Of a stretch of DNA of 64,000 nucleotides, positions 1 through 12,697 are shown piece by piece. The DNA comes from Octopus sinensis. Its lineage: Eukaryota. Position 1 is the stretch's first letter. Each line of letters starts with the position of its first letter. The position numbers were made by a program, and so were the translations under genes. Location of the stretch: assembly GCF_006345805.1 (NCBI RefSeq), contig NC_043011.1, positions 20,410,464 through 20,474,463 on the forward strand. The letters are read 5' to 3'. The notes beneath the pieces are model-generated. The model was not told the origin of the DNA, did no database searches, and saw nothing but the letters and a program-made list of their open reading frames with translations.

Positions 1-249
1 CAGCCTTAAAAGAAGTAGCACATTAAAAAATATTCTGAAGTTAACAATGGTTCTATTAGGAAATTTTGAACATTAAATTATTGAAAACATGAATAGAAGC
101 TTCGTATGAACAAATAATGTCCTTGGGTATTTATAATAGAATAATAACCGAATAGTTTCAAGTTAAATATCACGAATTTCTTCATTTGTTGCTTGGCCAT
201 AATTCACATCAGAGCTAATTGCACTTACTTGTAATCTTATCTTCTTCAA

Positions 250-1400
250 TTCTGTCATTATGTGCATCTGGTGCATTTACCTCAAGGCCAGACAAAATAT
301 CCTGTTAGCCTGAGTCTAAGAGGCAATGTTCTACAGTCTGTCTAAGAGGAGCAATTCCACAACATTCAAAAGCACGCTTTATAGTTTCTTTATTCAAAGT
401 GGTAACAGCTTGGGTCGCAAAGTTCACTATCTCTTGATAAGAAGGTTTTTTACGACACCCTTTATTTGTATACTCCTTTTTGCCGTTTGAAAACCAATTC
501 TCCCATTCAGCACGAAGAGTTTTCTTGAAAAGACCAATAATTGATACATCTAATGGCTGCAAGTAAGATGTTGTTTTAGGAGGTATAAGTTTGAGAATTG
601 TATTCCTACGTTTGAACACTTCTCGGAGCTCTGTTTTCTTGTGCACTGAGCATTCATCCATGAATAGTACTGAATTTTGAGCATGGAATAGTTGTGCTGT
701 TCTCTTCCCAAACACTTTGTCAGCCCACACCTGCATGAGTTCATATGTGATTGATCCCCTGTTGGAGACTGTTATGTAAATATTCTTTGGGATCTTGATT
801 TTAGGCACGTTTTTTAATCCTTTAAGGATAATCATTGTTTTCAACACCTTTCCTGCAGCATTAACACACAACACAGCAGTAAAACGGGCTTTGGTAGCAC
901 CACAGTGGCTAGCATCTACATTTTTATTGCCAGAAAAGTCTATGGTTGTTGAACTAAACATGCCAACGTTGTTTTAGGTGTTTCGTTCATATTATAAATC
1001 TGGCCAGCATCCTTATCTGCTGTTAATACTGGAATGATATCTAAATAGTCACTGGCGATTTGTGTTTTTTCTCCGAGTGTTTTATTGTCTGCTTGATCAA
1101 CATGTGTAATCTTTCTCACAGTCAGTTTATTCCGTTTCATAAAATTGAAAATCCATTTATCAGAACATCTAAAGCTGTTCATTCCAATTCCAAACCTTTT
1201 TACTAATTCAAAAGCATATTCCCGTAAACGGCGATAATTTACAATTATATTGTTTGCACGCTGAACAACAATCCATTATAAGAGTTCAATCTCTAGACCT
1301 CTATGTGCTGGTCCTCTACCTCCACTGGTTTTCAAAAATAGAAATATTCATATTTCATAGTCTCTCTAAAGGAGACTACGGTAGTGGTACTGGATATTAT
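250..1400 (-). mobile_element. pogo-family (IS630-Tc1-mariner) transposase pseudogene
   Basis: ORF 940..1182 and the upstream frame (GGRGPAHRGLEIELL*WIVVQR...FRCSDKWIFNFMKRN) give a CENP-B-type HTH. ORF 305..961 is a DDE_1-like domain (VLFMDECSVH...YLQPLDVSI, 35 residues between the last two Asp). The frames are broken by a stop and a frameshift. Confidence 0.85.
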
Positions 1401-1579
1401 AGTTATCGCCAAGCTAACATGGCAGTCCAGAAAAATAGGACGAATTTTTTTTATTTTTGTTTCATCCCCAATAATCAAAAAAATCAAAAATCTAAGACCC
1501 ATTACTCTAAACAACTCCATTTTTCTGCTGCAACCATGATATACTGTTGTACATTTAACCAGTGTGTCTTCTCTAACTA

Positions 1580-2145
1580 TTGAGTTGTCCGGAAAGTTCG
1601 TGCCGATTTTTAAAGGAAAGAAAAAGGTCAATAAATACTTGCCATTACATTTTCAATCAACCAAATATGAACCATTTTGTTGCACAATGCATCTCCATCT
1701 TTCCTTTAACTTGAAAATACCCTCATCCAAGAACTGAGGTGGTTTCATGGCAAAGAGATCATCAAGGTATCTTTTTACGTCACCCAAAGAATTGAAATTT
1801 TTACCATTAAGACTATTCTGCAGAGACCTGAATAAGTGGAAATCCGAAGGAGCAATATCTGGTAAATATGGCGGGTGGGGTAACACATCCCAGCCGAGCT
1901 GCAGCAATTTTTGTCTGGTTCCTAAAGCATCAAGTGACGAAAATGAACTTTCTTATCTTCCATTTTAAAGGGTTACAGAATTAACACAGGTTATAGGAAC
2001 ATAAACCTTCTTCCACGAAAAGATAGCTTAAACTGTGCTCTGAATGGAGGTGAAGTCAAATCCTATTTTATGGACTCGACCATGTTCTAAAATAAGTCGA
2101 AAGGTAAGCTGCTATAAATCGGCACGAACTTTCCGGACAACCCAA
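1580..2145 (-). mobile_element. Internally deleted mariner element (566 bp)
   Basis: 30-bp TIRs (TTGAGTTGTCCGGAAAGTTCGTGCCGATTT at 1580-1609; inverse at 2116-2145, 1 mismatch) and TA at both flanks. ORF 1653..1907 holds the mariner C-terminal motif HPPYLPDIAPSDFHLF. Confidence 0.93.
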
Positions 2146-2199
2146 TACTTTAGCAAAACACGGTCAAGTCTATGATTTATATGTTATATGATGTATTTG

Positions 2200-3560
2200 T
2201 TTTTTGTTGTTAATTCAAAAATGTTTTCCACATGTTGTCGAGGATTGTGCAGGAGTTTGGGATTAATGGGTAACTGGTAGCGGTCAAGTCCCTATACGAA
2301 GGCCCAGGTGTTTATGTTCGGGTAAATAGCTAAGTCGAAACCTTACAACGATGCAATTTGTCACCTCTCTTTTTCGTAATTTTTATGAACTGGGTTGTCA
2401 TGCGCAATCTCTGTGGAATTGGTATCCCAATCAGTGAGTGTAGGATCGGTCGGCTGTTATTTGAAGACAACATGATGCTACTTAGCTCATCGGAAGAGGG
2501 TCTTTAGAACATATTGAATGGCTTCGTTGTTTGTTCCTTCTCGACCAATGCCTGGCTCATAAGGGCCGGTTTCCCGGTTTCTTGGCGTATAAGTTCCCCA
2601 CCTGGACGGGACGCCGGTCCATCGCAGGTGAGCTGCAAGATGCAAGAGGAAAGAGTGAGAGAACGTTGTGGTGAAAAAATCAGCAGAAGTTTCGCCATTA
2701 CCTTCTGCCGGAGCTGCGTGGAGCTTAGGTGTTTCGCTCATAAACACACACATCGCCCGGTCTGAGATTCGAACCCTCGATCCCTCGACCGTGAGTCCGC
2801 TGCTCTAACCACTAGGCCATGTGCCTCCACAATGGTTTCGTTGCTGAGCGCTGAAAGGCAGGGATGAGAATTAATGTTGCGAAGACTGAGACATTAATGC
2901 TCTGAAGATAGTCTTCCTAGAACTCTCTGCATGTCAGCGAAACACCACTGAGACAAGTGGAGAAGGTTAAGTATCTTGGCGTTGTATTCCTGAGTAATTG
3001 GAAGCAAAAAGACTGAATTTAATGCTATAATTACAGATGATCGTATAATAATGTGCCAGTTCCAACATTCGATCCTTGGAAGCAGAAAGGTTGGTAAAAA
3101 AAGTCGAACTTGTTATCTTCAATTCGGTTTTCATACTTACCCTTACTTGTGGTAATGAATGTTGGATACTGACCGAAAAATTACGAACGCAAATACAAGC
3201 AGCTTAAATGGGATTCCTCGTAAGGGTCTCTGGAGTAATGTTACTTGATAGGGTGTGTAGCTCAATGATCAGGGAGTCTTTCCAGGTCAAGTCAGTATTT
3301 CTCTGCACTGAGAGATCACAGCTCCAATACTACAGACATGTGATTAGAATACCGCGGGAGAGAATCGCAAGACGTTTTCTCCAAGTCGAGTCAATCCGCA
3401 GGTGACCTAGAGGGAGACCAAGGACGGGATGGTCAGATAATATCCAGTCTCATTTAGCAACGCTCGGGAATCCAGCAGGAAAATGTCATGGAAGTTGCTG
3501 CTGATTGGACGCTATGGAGGAGGTGCCTGAGCAGTCTATAACCACAACCCTCCCAGAAAT
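2200..3560 (+). mobile_element. Decayed RTE-clade LINE, 3' part, interrupted by a SINE
   Basis: Degenerate RT motif LLFEDNMMLL (about 2455-2485) and VEKVKYLGV, then a C-terminal GFLVRVSGVMLLDRV...IARR segment (ORF 3208..3405). Confidence 0.7.
2532..2828 (-). mobile_element. tRNA-derived SINE, family C variant
   Basis: Minus-strand head GGAGGCACATGGCCTAGTGGTTAGAGC...GGTTCGAATC (Pol III A/B boxes). Inserted inside the RTE remnant. Confidence 0.75.
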
Positions 3561-4004
3561 GTTGGGTGGACAAGGTGGATGGATACATAAGTTTTCATTC
3601 CCTTTGTACTATAAGAAACTCACTACAAGGGGACTACCGAAGCGTGGTTTGAACAATCAAAACTTCGGACTACGGTTGCTATAAAAGGCAGTAAACTCAC
3701 TCGATTGTGACTCAGCCAATCAGATTGATTGATTGGTGAGTGAAAAACATTCCCGTTAAATGTTCTGGAATTTTGCCGATAAACCTGAAAGAAAGGTGGA
3801 TAAATCTAACAAAAACAAGAGCTCTATCAGATATTACAGGAGGTTGTGTCATTTTCTTTTGTCTTCAGATATTAAAACGGCTGAAGATACCACAAAGAGT
3901 TATTTCGATAAATCTCACGGAAAGTCGTTCTTATTTCCTTTTATTTAAACCGTCCTCGCTAATTATGAATCACCGTGGTATTATATCTTTTTCTTTTCTT
4001 TTGC

Positions 4005-4380
4005 ACTCCGTCGGTTACGACGATGAGGGTTCCGGTTGATCCGAATCAACGGAACAGCCTGCTCGTGAAATTAACGTGTAAGTGGCTGAGCACTCCACAG
4101 ACACGTGTACCCTTAACGTAGTTCTCGGGGATATTCAGCGTGACACAGAGAGTGACAAGGCCGGCCCTTTGAAATACAGGTACAACAGAAACAGGAAGTA
4201 AGAGTGAGAGAAAGTTGTGGGGAAAGAGTACCGCAGGAATTACCACCATCCCCTGCTGGAGCGTCGTGGAGCTTTAAGTGTTTTCGCTCAATAAACACTC
4301 ACAACGCCCGGTCTGGGAATCGAAACCGCGATCCTATGACCGCGAGTCCGCTGCCCTAACCACTGGGCCATTGCGCCTCC
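4005..4380 (-). mobile_element. tRNA-derived SINE, family C
   Basis: Head GGAGGCGCAATGGCCCAGTGGTTAGGGC...GGTTTCGATTCCC. The same head recurs at 34056 (+) and 50680 (-). Confidence 0.8.
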
Positions 4381-4611
4381 ACGGTATTATATATAAGAAA
4401 GTTGCAGTGACCAAATGCTTTTTTATTCATTTATTCTCGAATGCTGTCATTTACTCAAACGTTGTAAAAAATGTATCTATAATGTTCGCGATTATTTAGA
4501 CTGAATGGAAAATTATACTCGATTTAGTGTGATTTTATGGATTGAACACGTAACACACAAACGTTTACCATTAATTGCAGCACTGATGGAATTATAGTTA
4601 AAATATATGTT

Positions 4612-4840
4612 TCTTTTTTGCCCACAAGGGGCTAACCATAGAGGGGACAAACAAGGACAGACAAACGGATTAAGTCGATTACATCGACCCCAGTGCGTAA
4701 CTGGTACTTAATTTATCGACCTCGAAAGGATGAAAGACAAAGTCGACCTCGGCGGAATTTGAACTCAGAACGTAACGGCAGACGAAATACGGCTACGCAT
4801 TTCGCCCGGCGTGCTAACGGTTCTGCCAGCTCACCGCCTT
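4612..4840 (-). mobile_element. tRNA-derived SINE, family B
   Basis: Head GGCGGTGAGCTGGCAGAA...GAGTTCAAATTCC, central GTCTTTCATCCTTTCGAGGTCGATAAA and tail CCCCTTGTGG. More than 15 copies or fragments occur in the window. Confidence 0.8.
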
Positions 4841-5289
4841 TTATAGTTAAAATATATTTCACTTAGACTTTAGTAGATGTTTAATGTAACAGAAACGTTG
4901 AAGTATAAGTGTCGTAAATGCTCTAAAATCTCGATGGTATGATGACGTAATACTATTGTTTTGTAACGAGTTCTCTGTACATGCTGCTATTTGAGAGACA
5001 GTTCTATGATTCTGTTTTACAGTGACATTTCCTGTTGAGAGGTTTAACCCACTGAATCACTAGATACACATTACTTTGTTCGTTGCTGATATTTTTAGTG
5101 CTGCTAAACTAAATATTGAAATTCATACGAACGGCGTTTTCCCCAGAATAGCAAAATTCTCAGAAAACAGAAAATTCTGTGAATAATTAGGACATCAACG
5201 AACCTAACCACTTATCCCCACACGCTTTCACCAAAGTAGGTAATAAAGAAAATGGAAATAATGAAGACACAAGAGATTACAAAATGAAA

Positions 5290-6260
5290 GGGGATGAAAG
5301 TGTCTGGGTCGGTAGGGGTATTCAGTTATCTAATTCACCATCGTGAGTGTTGGGTAATGGCCGAAAAAGTTCGATGGAGAATACAAGCGGACAAAATGTG
5401 ATGGATCTGAAAGATCTCTGGAGTAACATTATTCGACAGGGTGGATAGCTTGGAGACCTGGGAGTCGGTCTTTCTAGGTCAAGCCGCTACTTTTCCGTCA
5501 CAGCTCCAGTACTACCGATTTCTTTACTACCCATAAGGGGCTAAACATAGAGGGGACCAACAAGGACAGGACAAACGGATTAAGTCGATTATATCGACCT
5601 CAGTGCGTAACTGGTACTTATTTAGGCGGCGAGCTGGCAGAAGCGTTAGCACGCCGGGCGAAATGCGTAGCCGTATTTCGTCTGCCGCTACGTTCTGAGT
5701 TCAAATTCCGCCGAGGTCGACTTTGCATTTCATCCTTTCGGGGTCGATAAATTAAGTACCAGTTATGCACTGGGGTCGATAAATTAAGTACCAGTTATGC
5801 ACTGGGGTTGATAAATTAAGTACCAGTTATGCACTGGGGTCGATGTAATCGGCTTAATACCTATGTCTGTCCTTGTTTGTCCCCTCTATGTTTAGCCCCT
5901 TGTGGGTAATAAAGAAATAGGTACTTATTTAATCGACCCCGAAAGGATGAAAGGCAAAGTCGACCTCGGCGGAATTTGAACTTAGAACGTAGCGTCAGAC
6001 GAAATACCGCTAAGCTCCAGTAACTACCGAACATGTGATTAAAATGACGCGAGAAATAATTGTAAGATGGACTCTTCAAGCTGATAGGACACCTAGGAGT
6101 AGACCAAGAACGAGATGGCTGGATAATATTCACAGTTTCAGTTGATCATGCTTCAGAATCCAACTGGGAAGTCTAATGATGGGTGCTTCTGAGAGGACTC
6201 TGTGGAGGAGGTGCTTGAAAACTCTACACACCAAGATCTTCCATGGAACTGTAGTAAGAG
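5290..6260 (+). mobile_element. RTE LINE 3' fragment interrupted by SINE-B pieces (5527-6012)
   Basis: Similar to the 3130-3500 RTE segment (GATCTCTGGAGTAACATTATTCGACAGGGTG...). It resumes at about 6015 after the SINE insertions. Confidence 0.6.
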
Positions 6261-7960
6261 AAGTGGGATGACTGGTAAGTTCAGAAGGAGCAGTGACCTA
6301 GAGAATAAAGCATGTTGGTTAGATTATGCGTTGAATTAAGGTGGTATATATAGTTCTGTAGAAGGCGGCGAGCTGCAGAAACGTTAGCACGCCGGGCGAA
6401 ATGCGTAGCCGTATTTCGTCTGCCGTTACGTTCTGAGTTCAAATTCCGCCGAGGTCGACTTAGCCTTTCATCCTTTCGGGGTCGATAAATTAAGTACCAG
6501 TTACGCTCTGGGGTCGGTGTAATCGACTTAATTCGTTTGTCTGTCCTTGTTTGTCCTTTCTGTGTTTAGCCCCTTGTGGGTAGTAAAGAAATAGATATTT
6601 CGTCTGCCGCTACGTTCTGAGTTCAAATTCCGCCGAGGTCGACTTTGCCTTTCATCCTTTCGGGGTCGATTAAATAAGTACCAGTTACGCACTGGGGTCG
6701 ATATAATCCACTTAATCCGTCTGTCTGTCCTTGTTTGTCCTCTCTGTGTTTAGCCCCTTGTGGGTAGTAAAGAAATAGGTATTTCGTCTGCCGCTACGTT
6801 CTGAGTTCAAATTCCGCCGAGGTCGACTTTGCTTTTCATCCTTTCGGGGTCTATAATTAAGTACCAGTTATGCACTGGGGTCGATAAATTAAGTACCAGT
6901 TATGCACTGGGGTTGATAAATTAAGTACCAGTTATGCACTGGGGTCGATGTAATCGGCTTAATACCTATGTCTGTCCTTGTTTGTCCCCTCTATGTTTAG
7001 CCCCTTGTGGGTAATAAAGAAATAGGTACTTATTTAATCGACCCCGAAAGGATGAAAGGCAAAGTCGACCTCGGCGGAATTTGAACTTAGAACGTAGCGT
7101 CAGACGAAATACCGCTAAGCTCCAGTAACTACCGAACATGTGATTAAAATGACGCGAGAAATAATTGTAAGATGGACTCTTCAAGCTGATAGGACACCTA
7201 GGAGTAGACCAAGAACGAGATGGCTGGATAATATTCACAGTTTCAGTTGATCATGCTTCAGAATCCAACTGGGAAGTCTAATGATGGGTGCTTCTGAGAG
7301 GACTCTGTGGAGGAGGTGCCTGAAAACTCTACACACCAAGATCTTCCATGGAACTGTAGTAAGAGAAGTGGGATGACTGGTAAGTTCAGAAGGAGCAGTG
7401 ACCTAGAGAATAAAGCATGTTGGTTAGATTATGCGTTGAATTAAGGTGGTATATATAGTTCTGTAGAAGGCGGCGAGCTGCAGAAACGTTAGCACGCGGG
7501 CGAAATGCGTAGCCGTATTTCGTCTGCCGTTACGTTCTGAGTTCAAATTCCGCCGAGGTCGACTTAGCCTTTCATCCTTTCGGGGTCGATAAATTAAGTA
7601 CCAGTTACGCTCTGGGGTCGGTGTAATCGACTTAATTCGTTTGTCTGTCCTTGTTTGTCCTTTCTGTGTTTAGCCCCTTGTGGGTAGTAAAGAAATAGAT
7701 ATTTCGTCTGCCGCTACGTTCTGAGTTCAAATTCCGCCGAGGTCGACTTTGCCTTTCATCCTTTCGGGGTCGATTAAATAAGTACCAGTTACGCACTGGG
7801 GTCGATATAATCCACTTAATCCGTCTGTCTGTCCTTGTTTGTCCTCTCTGTGTTTAGCCCCTTGTGGGTAGTAAAGAAATAGGTATTTCGTCTGCCGCTA
7901 CGTTCTGAGTTCAAATTCCGCCGAGGTCGACTTTGCTTTTCATCCTTTCGGGGTCTATAA
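5750..7960. repeat. 1105-bp tandem duplication containing SINE-B multimers and an RTE fragment
   Basis: ORFs 5861..6133 and 6966..7238 are identical and offset by 1105 bp. The surrounding sequence repeats almost exactly. Confidence 0.9.
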
Positions 7961-8439
7961 ATTAAGTACCAGTTACGTACTTCAGTCGATGTAATCGACT
8001 TAATCCGTTTGTCTGTCCTTGTTTGTCATCTCTGTGTTTAGCCCCTTGTGGGTAATAAAGAAATAGGTATACATTGTTATGTTAAACAGAATATCAACTA
8101 ATAAACTCTTAGAGGAATTTTCTGCAGTTGTTCCATCTTTCTCACACCGGATTGAAGTCTTTACACATGTGAGTTACATTTCTTAAAACGTCCATTGCAT
8201 AGACGTGGTGGGTTCAAATCCTAGTCGAATTGGGAGTAGTCTATTTATGTTGGGGGCGCGGAATTTCGAGGTAAAAATTATAAGAAAATGAGTCCTAATC
8301 AAAGAGAGCACACAAGTTAACTTTGGTGAAATTCGGTTGAAAATTGTATGAGTAGAAGTGGTTCACACAACACACAGACAGACAATTTGCCTTTTAATAT
8401 ATGAAATATATATATATATATATATATCGTTTCTCTTTC

Positions 8440-8679
8440 TTTCTCTTTTATTTGTTTCAGTCATTTGACTGCGGCCATGCTGGAGCACCGTCTTTAGTCG
8501 AGCAAATCGACCCCGGGACTTATTCTTTGTAAGCCCAGTACTTATTCAATCGGTCTCTTTTGCCGAACCGCTAAGTGACGGGAACGTAAACACACCAGCA
8601 TCGGTTGTCAAGCAATGCTAGGGGGACAAACACAGACACACAAACATATACACACACATACATACATATATATATATAT

Positions 8680-8729
<50 letters not shown>

Positions 8730-8911
8730 TATTATATATACATATATACGACAGGCTTCTTTCAGTTTCCGTCTACCAAATCCACTCACAAGGCATTGGT
8801 CGGCCCGAGATTATAGCAGAAGAGACTTGCCCAAGATGCCACGCAGTGGGACTGAACCCGGAACCATGTGGTTGGTAAGCAAGCTACTTACCACACAGTC
8901 ACTCCTGCGCC
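8440..8911 (-). mobile_element. tRNA-derived SINE, family A (CORE-like, internal microsatellite)
   Basis: Head GGCGCAGGAGTGACTGTGTGGTAAG...GGTTCAGTCCC, CORE-like CATCTTGGGCAAGT, internal (TA/CA)n and tail GACTGAAACAA(AT/GT)AAAAGAG. Confidence 0.85.
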
Positions 8912-9136
8912 TATATATATATATCGACCAATACAAGGTTAAAAATAAATATGTCCACGAGTTTAGTGACAATAAGGTTAGTTACGACATGTATTTGGTC
9001 CATATTGGACCACGCGGCACCTTATCAGAGTGGTGGGCTGCAGTGTGGGTTATGCACCAGAAAAGGCTTAGAAATTATATATGTTGCCCTTTTGGGTAAG
9101 ATCAAAATGTAATATATACATACATACATACATGCT

Positions 9137-9207
<71 letters not shown>

Positions 9208-9293
9208 GCAAACCCCCACACACATATATATATTCATACAAACATACTGTGATAATTGTATTCAGTGACAGATTTGAATCTCAAAATCGTTCT

Positions 9294-10498
9294 TTATTTT
9301 TCATCATCTAATATTGTGCCAATAATTAAATTTAAACTATGTTTTATCGATGTTGTGTAACGACTATCAAACTCTCAAGTACTCACGAGGAAATTCCGTA
9401 CGGAATTTTGTCAGTGAACGGGTCGCGGTCTCAAAGCGACGAAAATATTTTGACAAATTAAATTTAAATGTTGAAGTGAATATAACGGTTTTTGTGTGTT
9501 TCTTAAATGGCTTACAAACACCTTCAACGCTGCAATTGTTTTCGTTCCAGCACACGATCTCAGGTCAGGTTTACTTGCTATGCAAGTACAAATCCGTAAA
9601 ACCTAAATTTATTATACTAAAAAGAGCATGTTTGCAAATGGGTTGTAGAAAGATAGAGACACCCTCTTATAGTCCTGTGTTTAATAGTTCCGTTGAAAGG
9701 GCTGTACATACTGTAAAATCTGTACTCAGACATTTTGATCAAAGTGCACGGAATTTCGTCAACAACATGAATGAAATCTTATGTAATCATTGAAGTGCCT
9801 CAAGTTATAAACTGCTGAATAGCTGATGAACAGACAATTAATAATTGCAGTAAACCCATTCTTTGAATCAGGTAAGGATATAATGCACAAGACCACGTTG
9901 GATAAAGTTGCATTTAAAGCAAAAATACGTATTACATGCTGGAAAAAATATCATATGGATTCAAATGGAGGGTCATCCTTTACGGTTAGTAGCAGTTGAG
10001 CAATTGGTACAACTTAATATTCGGGAACCTGAATCGATTAACATAAGTGACATGCCTAGTGCAATTTTTCGAACTGATTATGCAAAGACGCCTAATGGTG
10101 AAGATGTGGGTCTTCAACAAACGGTCATATCAAGTTCTAAAATTAAACACAAGAACGGAATTGTAGGAAGACCAGAACGTCATCGAAATTCAGTTATATC
10201 AGGGCCACAATTTAGGCGAAGTACTTGAATTACAACAGGATGTAAAAAACCGAAACATTTTGAGAAAGAATAATCCATTGGGATTTCCTCGTGTATAACT
10301 TGAGAGTTTGATAGTCGTTACGTAATATTGATAAAACATAGTTTAAATTTAATTATTGGCACAACATTAGATGATGAAAAATAAATTCCGTACAGAATTT
10401 TGTCAGTGAACAGGTCGCGGTCTCAAAGCGACGAAAATATTTTGACAAATTAAATTTAAATGTTGAAGTGAATCTAACGGTTTTTGTGTGTTTCTTAA
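9294..10498 (+). mobile_element. Gypsy/Ginger-type integrase remnant with terminal repeats
   Basis: SPVFNSSVERAVHTVKS resembles the integrase core (HPxSNGxxER...K), and RRST marks a Gypsy-like C-terminus. There are 116-bp direct repeats at 9391-9506 and 10383-10498, and about 100-bp inverted repeats at 9294-9396 and 10283-10385. Confidence 0.6.
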
Positions 10499-10968
10499 CT
10501 TTAGGTTCTTTGTCTGATAATAAGGTGGTGGGTACTCCAAAACGAGATAAGACATCAGCTTGTTTTTTTACAACCTCATTTGAACGGTTAGAGTATACGA
10601 ATGCTTCAATCCTTGTAGACTATACATCTGCAATAACTAAAATATTGCCCATGCTTGGAATATATACCCAAACCACGTGAACACTTTCCCAGGGCCCAGA
10701 AATAGGCCATGGCTCATTTACCTTCACTAGATTTGGTCTAAACCTCTGGCAACTATCACAACATTTAACGAACTTCTCAATGGAGTATGCTAAGCAAGGC
10801 TACCAAACACAGAGTCGTACTTTCTTGGTTGTTTGCTGAAAGACCCTATGCATCATGTAGGTTAGTTGACATTGTGACTCTATAAGGTGGGGAATAATGG
10901 ACGATGCTTCGGATATATCACATACATACATACATACATACATACATACATAATACATACATCATACA

Positions 10969-10999
<31 letters not shown>

Positions 11000-11178
11000 G
11001 ACTTGCAATCAAATACATAAACGCCGAGTACTTAAGACTCTGGCATAGCTGTTTTGGCACCTCTGATTCGGCATCGCTGATTCAACGCTGATTTATTTTA
11101 CATCAGAATGTTTCACTCATTCTCTCCCTTTTCCTCCTCTTTCTCTCTCTCTCCCTCTCTCTCTCTCTCGCTCTCTCT

Positions 11179-11217
<39 letters not shown>

Positions 11218-11243
11218 ATATACATATACATATACATATACAT

Positions 11244-11308
<65 letters not shown>

Positions 11309-11483
11309 GAGTTAAGGCTACCATTGCTTTCATGTTAAGAAGAGTAGGAAAATATCCAAGCACCTTAAAAATTTTCAAACCGATTACATGGAGAAAGGTG
11401 TTCGATTCCAATGCGGTATTGAGCACTCATTCCAACGTTCTACATTTACGCAAATATATATCACTCTCTCTCTCTCTCTCTTC

Positions 11484-11527
<44 letters not shown>

Positions 11528-11914
11528 ACACACACACTCTCCCTCTCTTTCTATCTGCATGTGTATATTTCTGTACGTGCACATGTGCGTACGCGTGTGT
11601 ATTTACCTCGATCACCAAAAAGCTCTATCTCTACAAAGAGGTTCAACGTCCAGTCAGCTGTGTCATATCCAAACAGCGGTGCCCAATTCTGTCGATAAAT
11701 GCTATATGCTCTGTACATTTTTTTTTTTTGTTCTGGGGTTTATTGTGCCTTGAACTTTGATCTAAACTTAAGTGTCTTTCATACTTTGCTCTTTGCTTCG
11801 CACTGTGTCCTAATTTCACTAATACAATACAGTAATCCCTTGACTATCGCGGATGTTACATTCCAAAACCCTCACGTTCGGTGAAAATCCGCGAAGTTGA
11901 AACAGTACTGTACT

Positions 11915-12305
11915 GTATACTCTTTACTCTTTTACTTGTTTCAGTCATTTGACTGCGGCCATGCTGGAGCACCGCCTTTAGTCGAGCAAATCGACCCCGG
12001 GACTTATTCTTTGTAAGCCCAGTACTTATTCTATCGGTCTCTTTTGCCGAACCGCTAAGTGACGGGGACATAAACACACCAGCATCGGTTGTCAAGCAAT
12101 GCTGGGGAGACAAACACAGACACACAAACATACACACACACACACACACCACCACACACACCACACACACACACACACACCCACACACCCACACACAACA
12201 TCTATATATATATATATATATATATTATATTATATATACATATATAGGCTTCTACCAAATGCACTCACAAGGCATTGGCCGGCCCGAGGTTATAGCAGAA
12301 GACTT
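11915..12305 (-). mobile_element. SINE family A, 5'-truncated
   Basis: Tail and body match the 8440 copy. Confidence 0.8.
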
Positions 12306-12319
12306 ACACATTCGTGCAC

Positions 12320-12697
12320 GTGATAAGTAGCTTGCTTACCAACCACATGGATCCGGGTTCAGTCCCACTGCGTGGCACCTTAGGCAAGTGTCTTCTACTA
12401 TAGCCTCAGGCCGACCAAAGCCTTGCGAGTGGATTTGGTAGACGGAAACTGAAAGAAGCCCGTCGTATATATGTATGTATATATATATGTGTGTGTCTGT
12501 GTGTTTATCTATTTGTGTTTGTCCCCCAACATCGCTTGACAACCGATGCTGGTGTGCTTACATCCACGTAATTTAGCGGTTCGGCAAAAGAGACCGATAG
12601 AATAAGTACTAGGCTTACAAATAATAAGTCCTGGGGTCGATTTGCTCGGCTAAAGGCGGTGCTCCAGCATGGCCACAGTCAAATGACTGAAACTAGT
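12320..12697 (+). mobile_element. SINE family A
   Basis: Body and tail match family A. Head-to-head with the preceding copy. Confidence 0.8.

Noticed and set aside
8221-8405. Further Helitron-like element
   Set aside because: One end resembles a Helitron 5' end, but I could not establish the hairpin/CTAG terminus.
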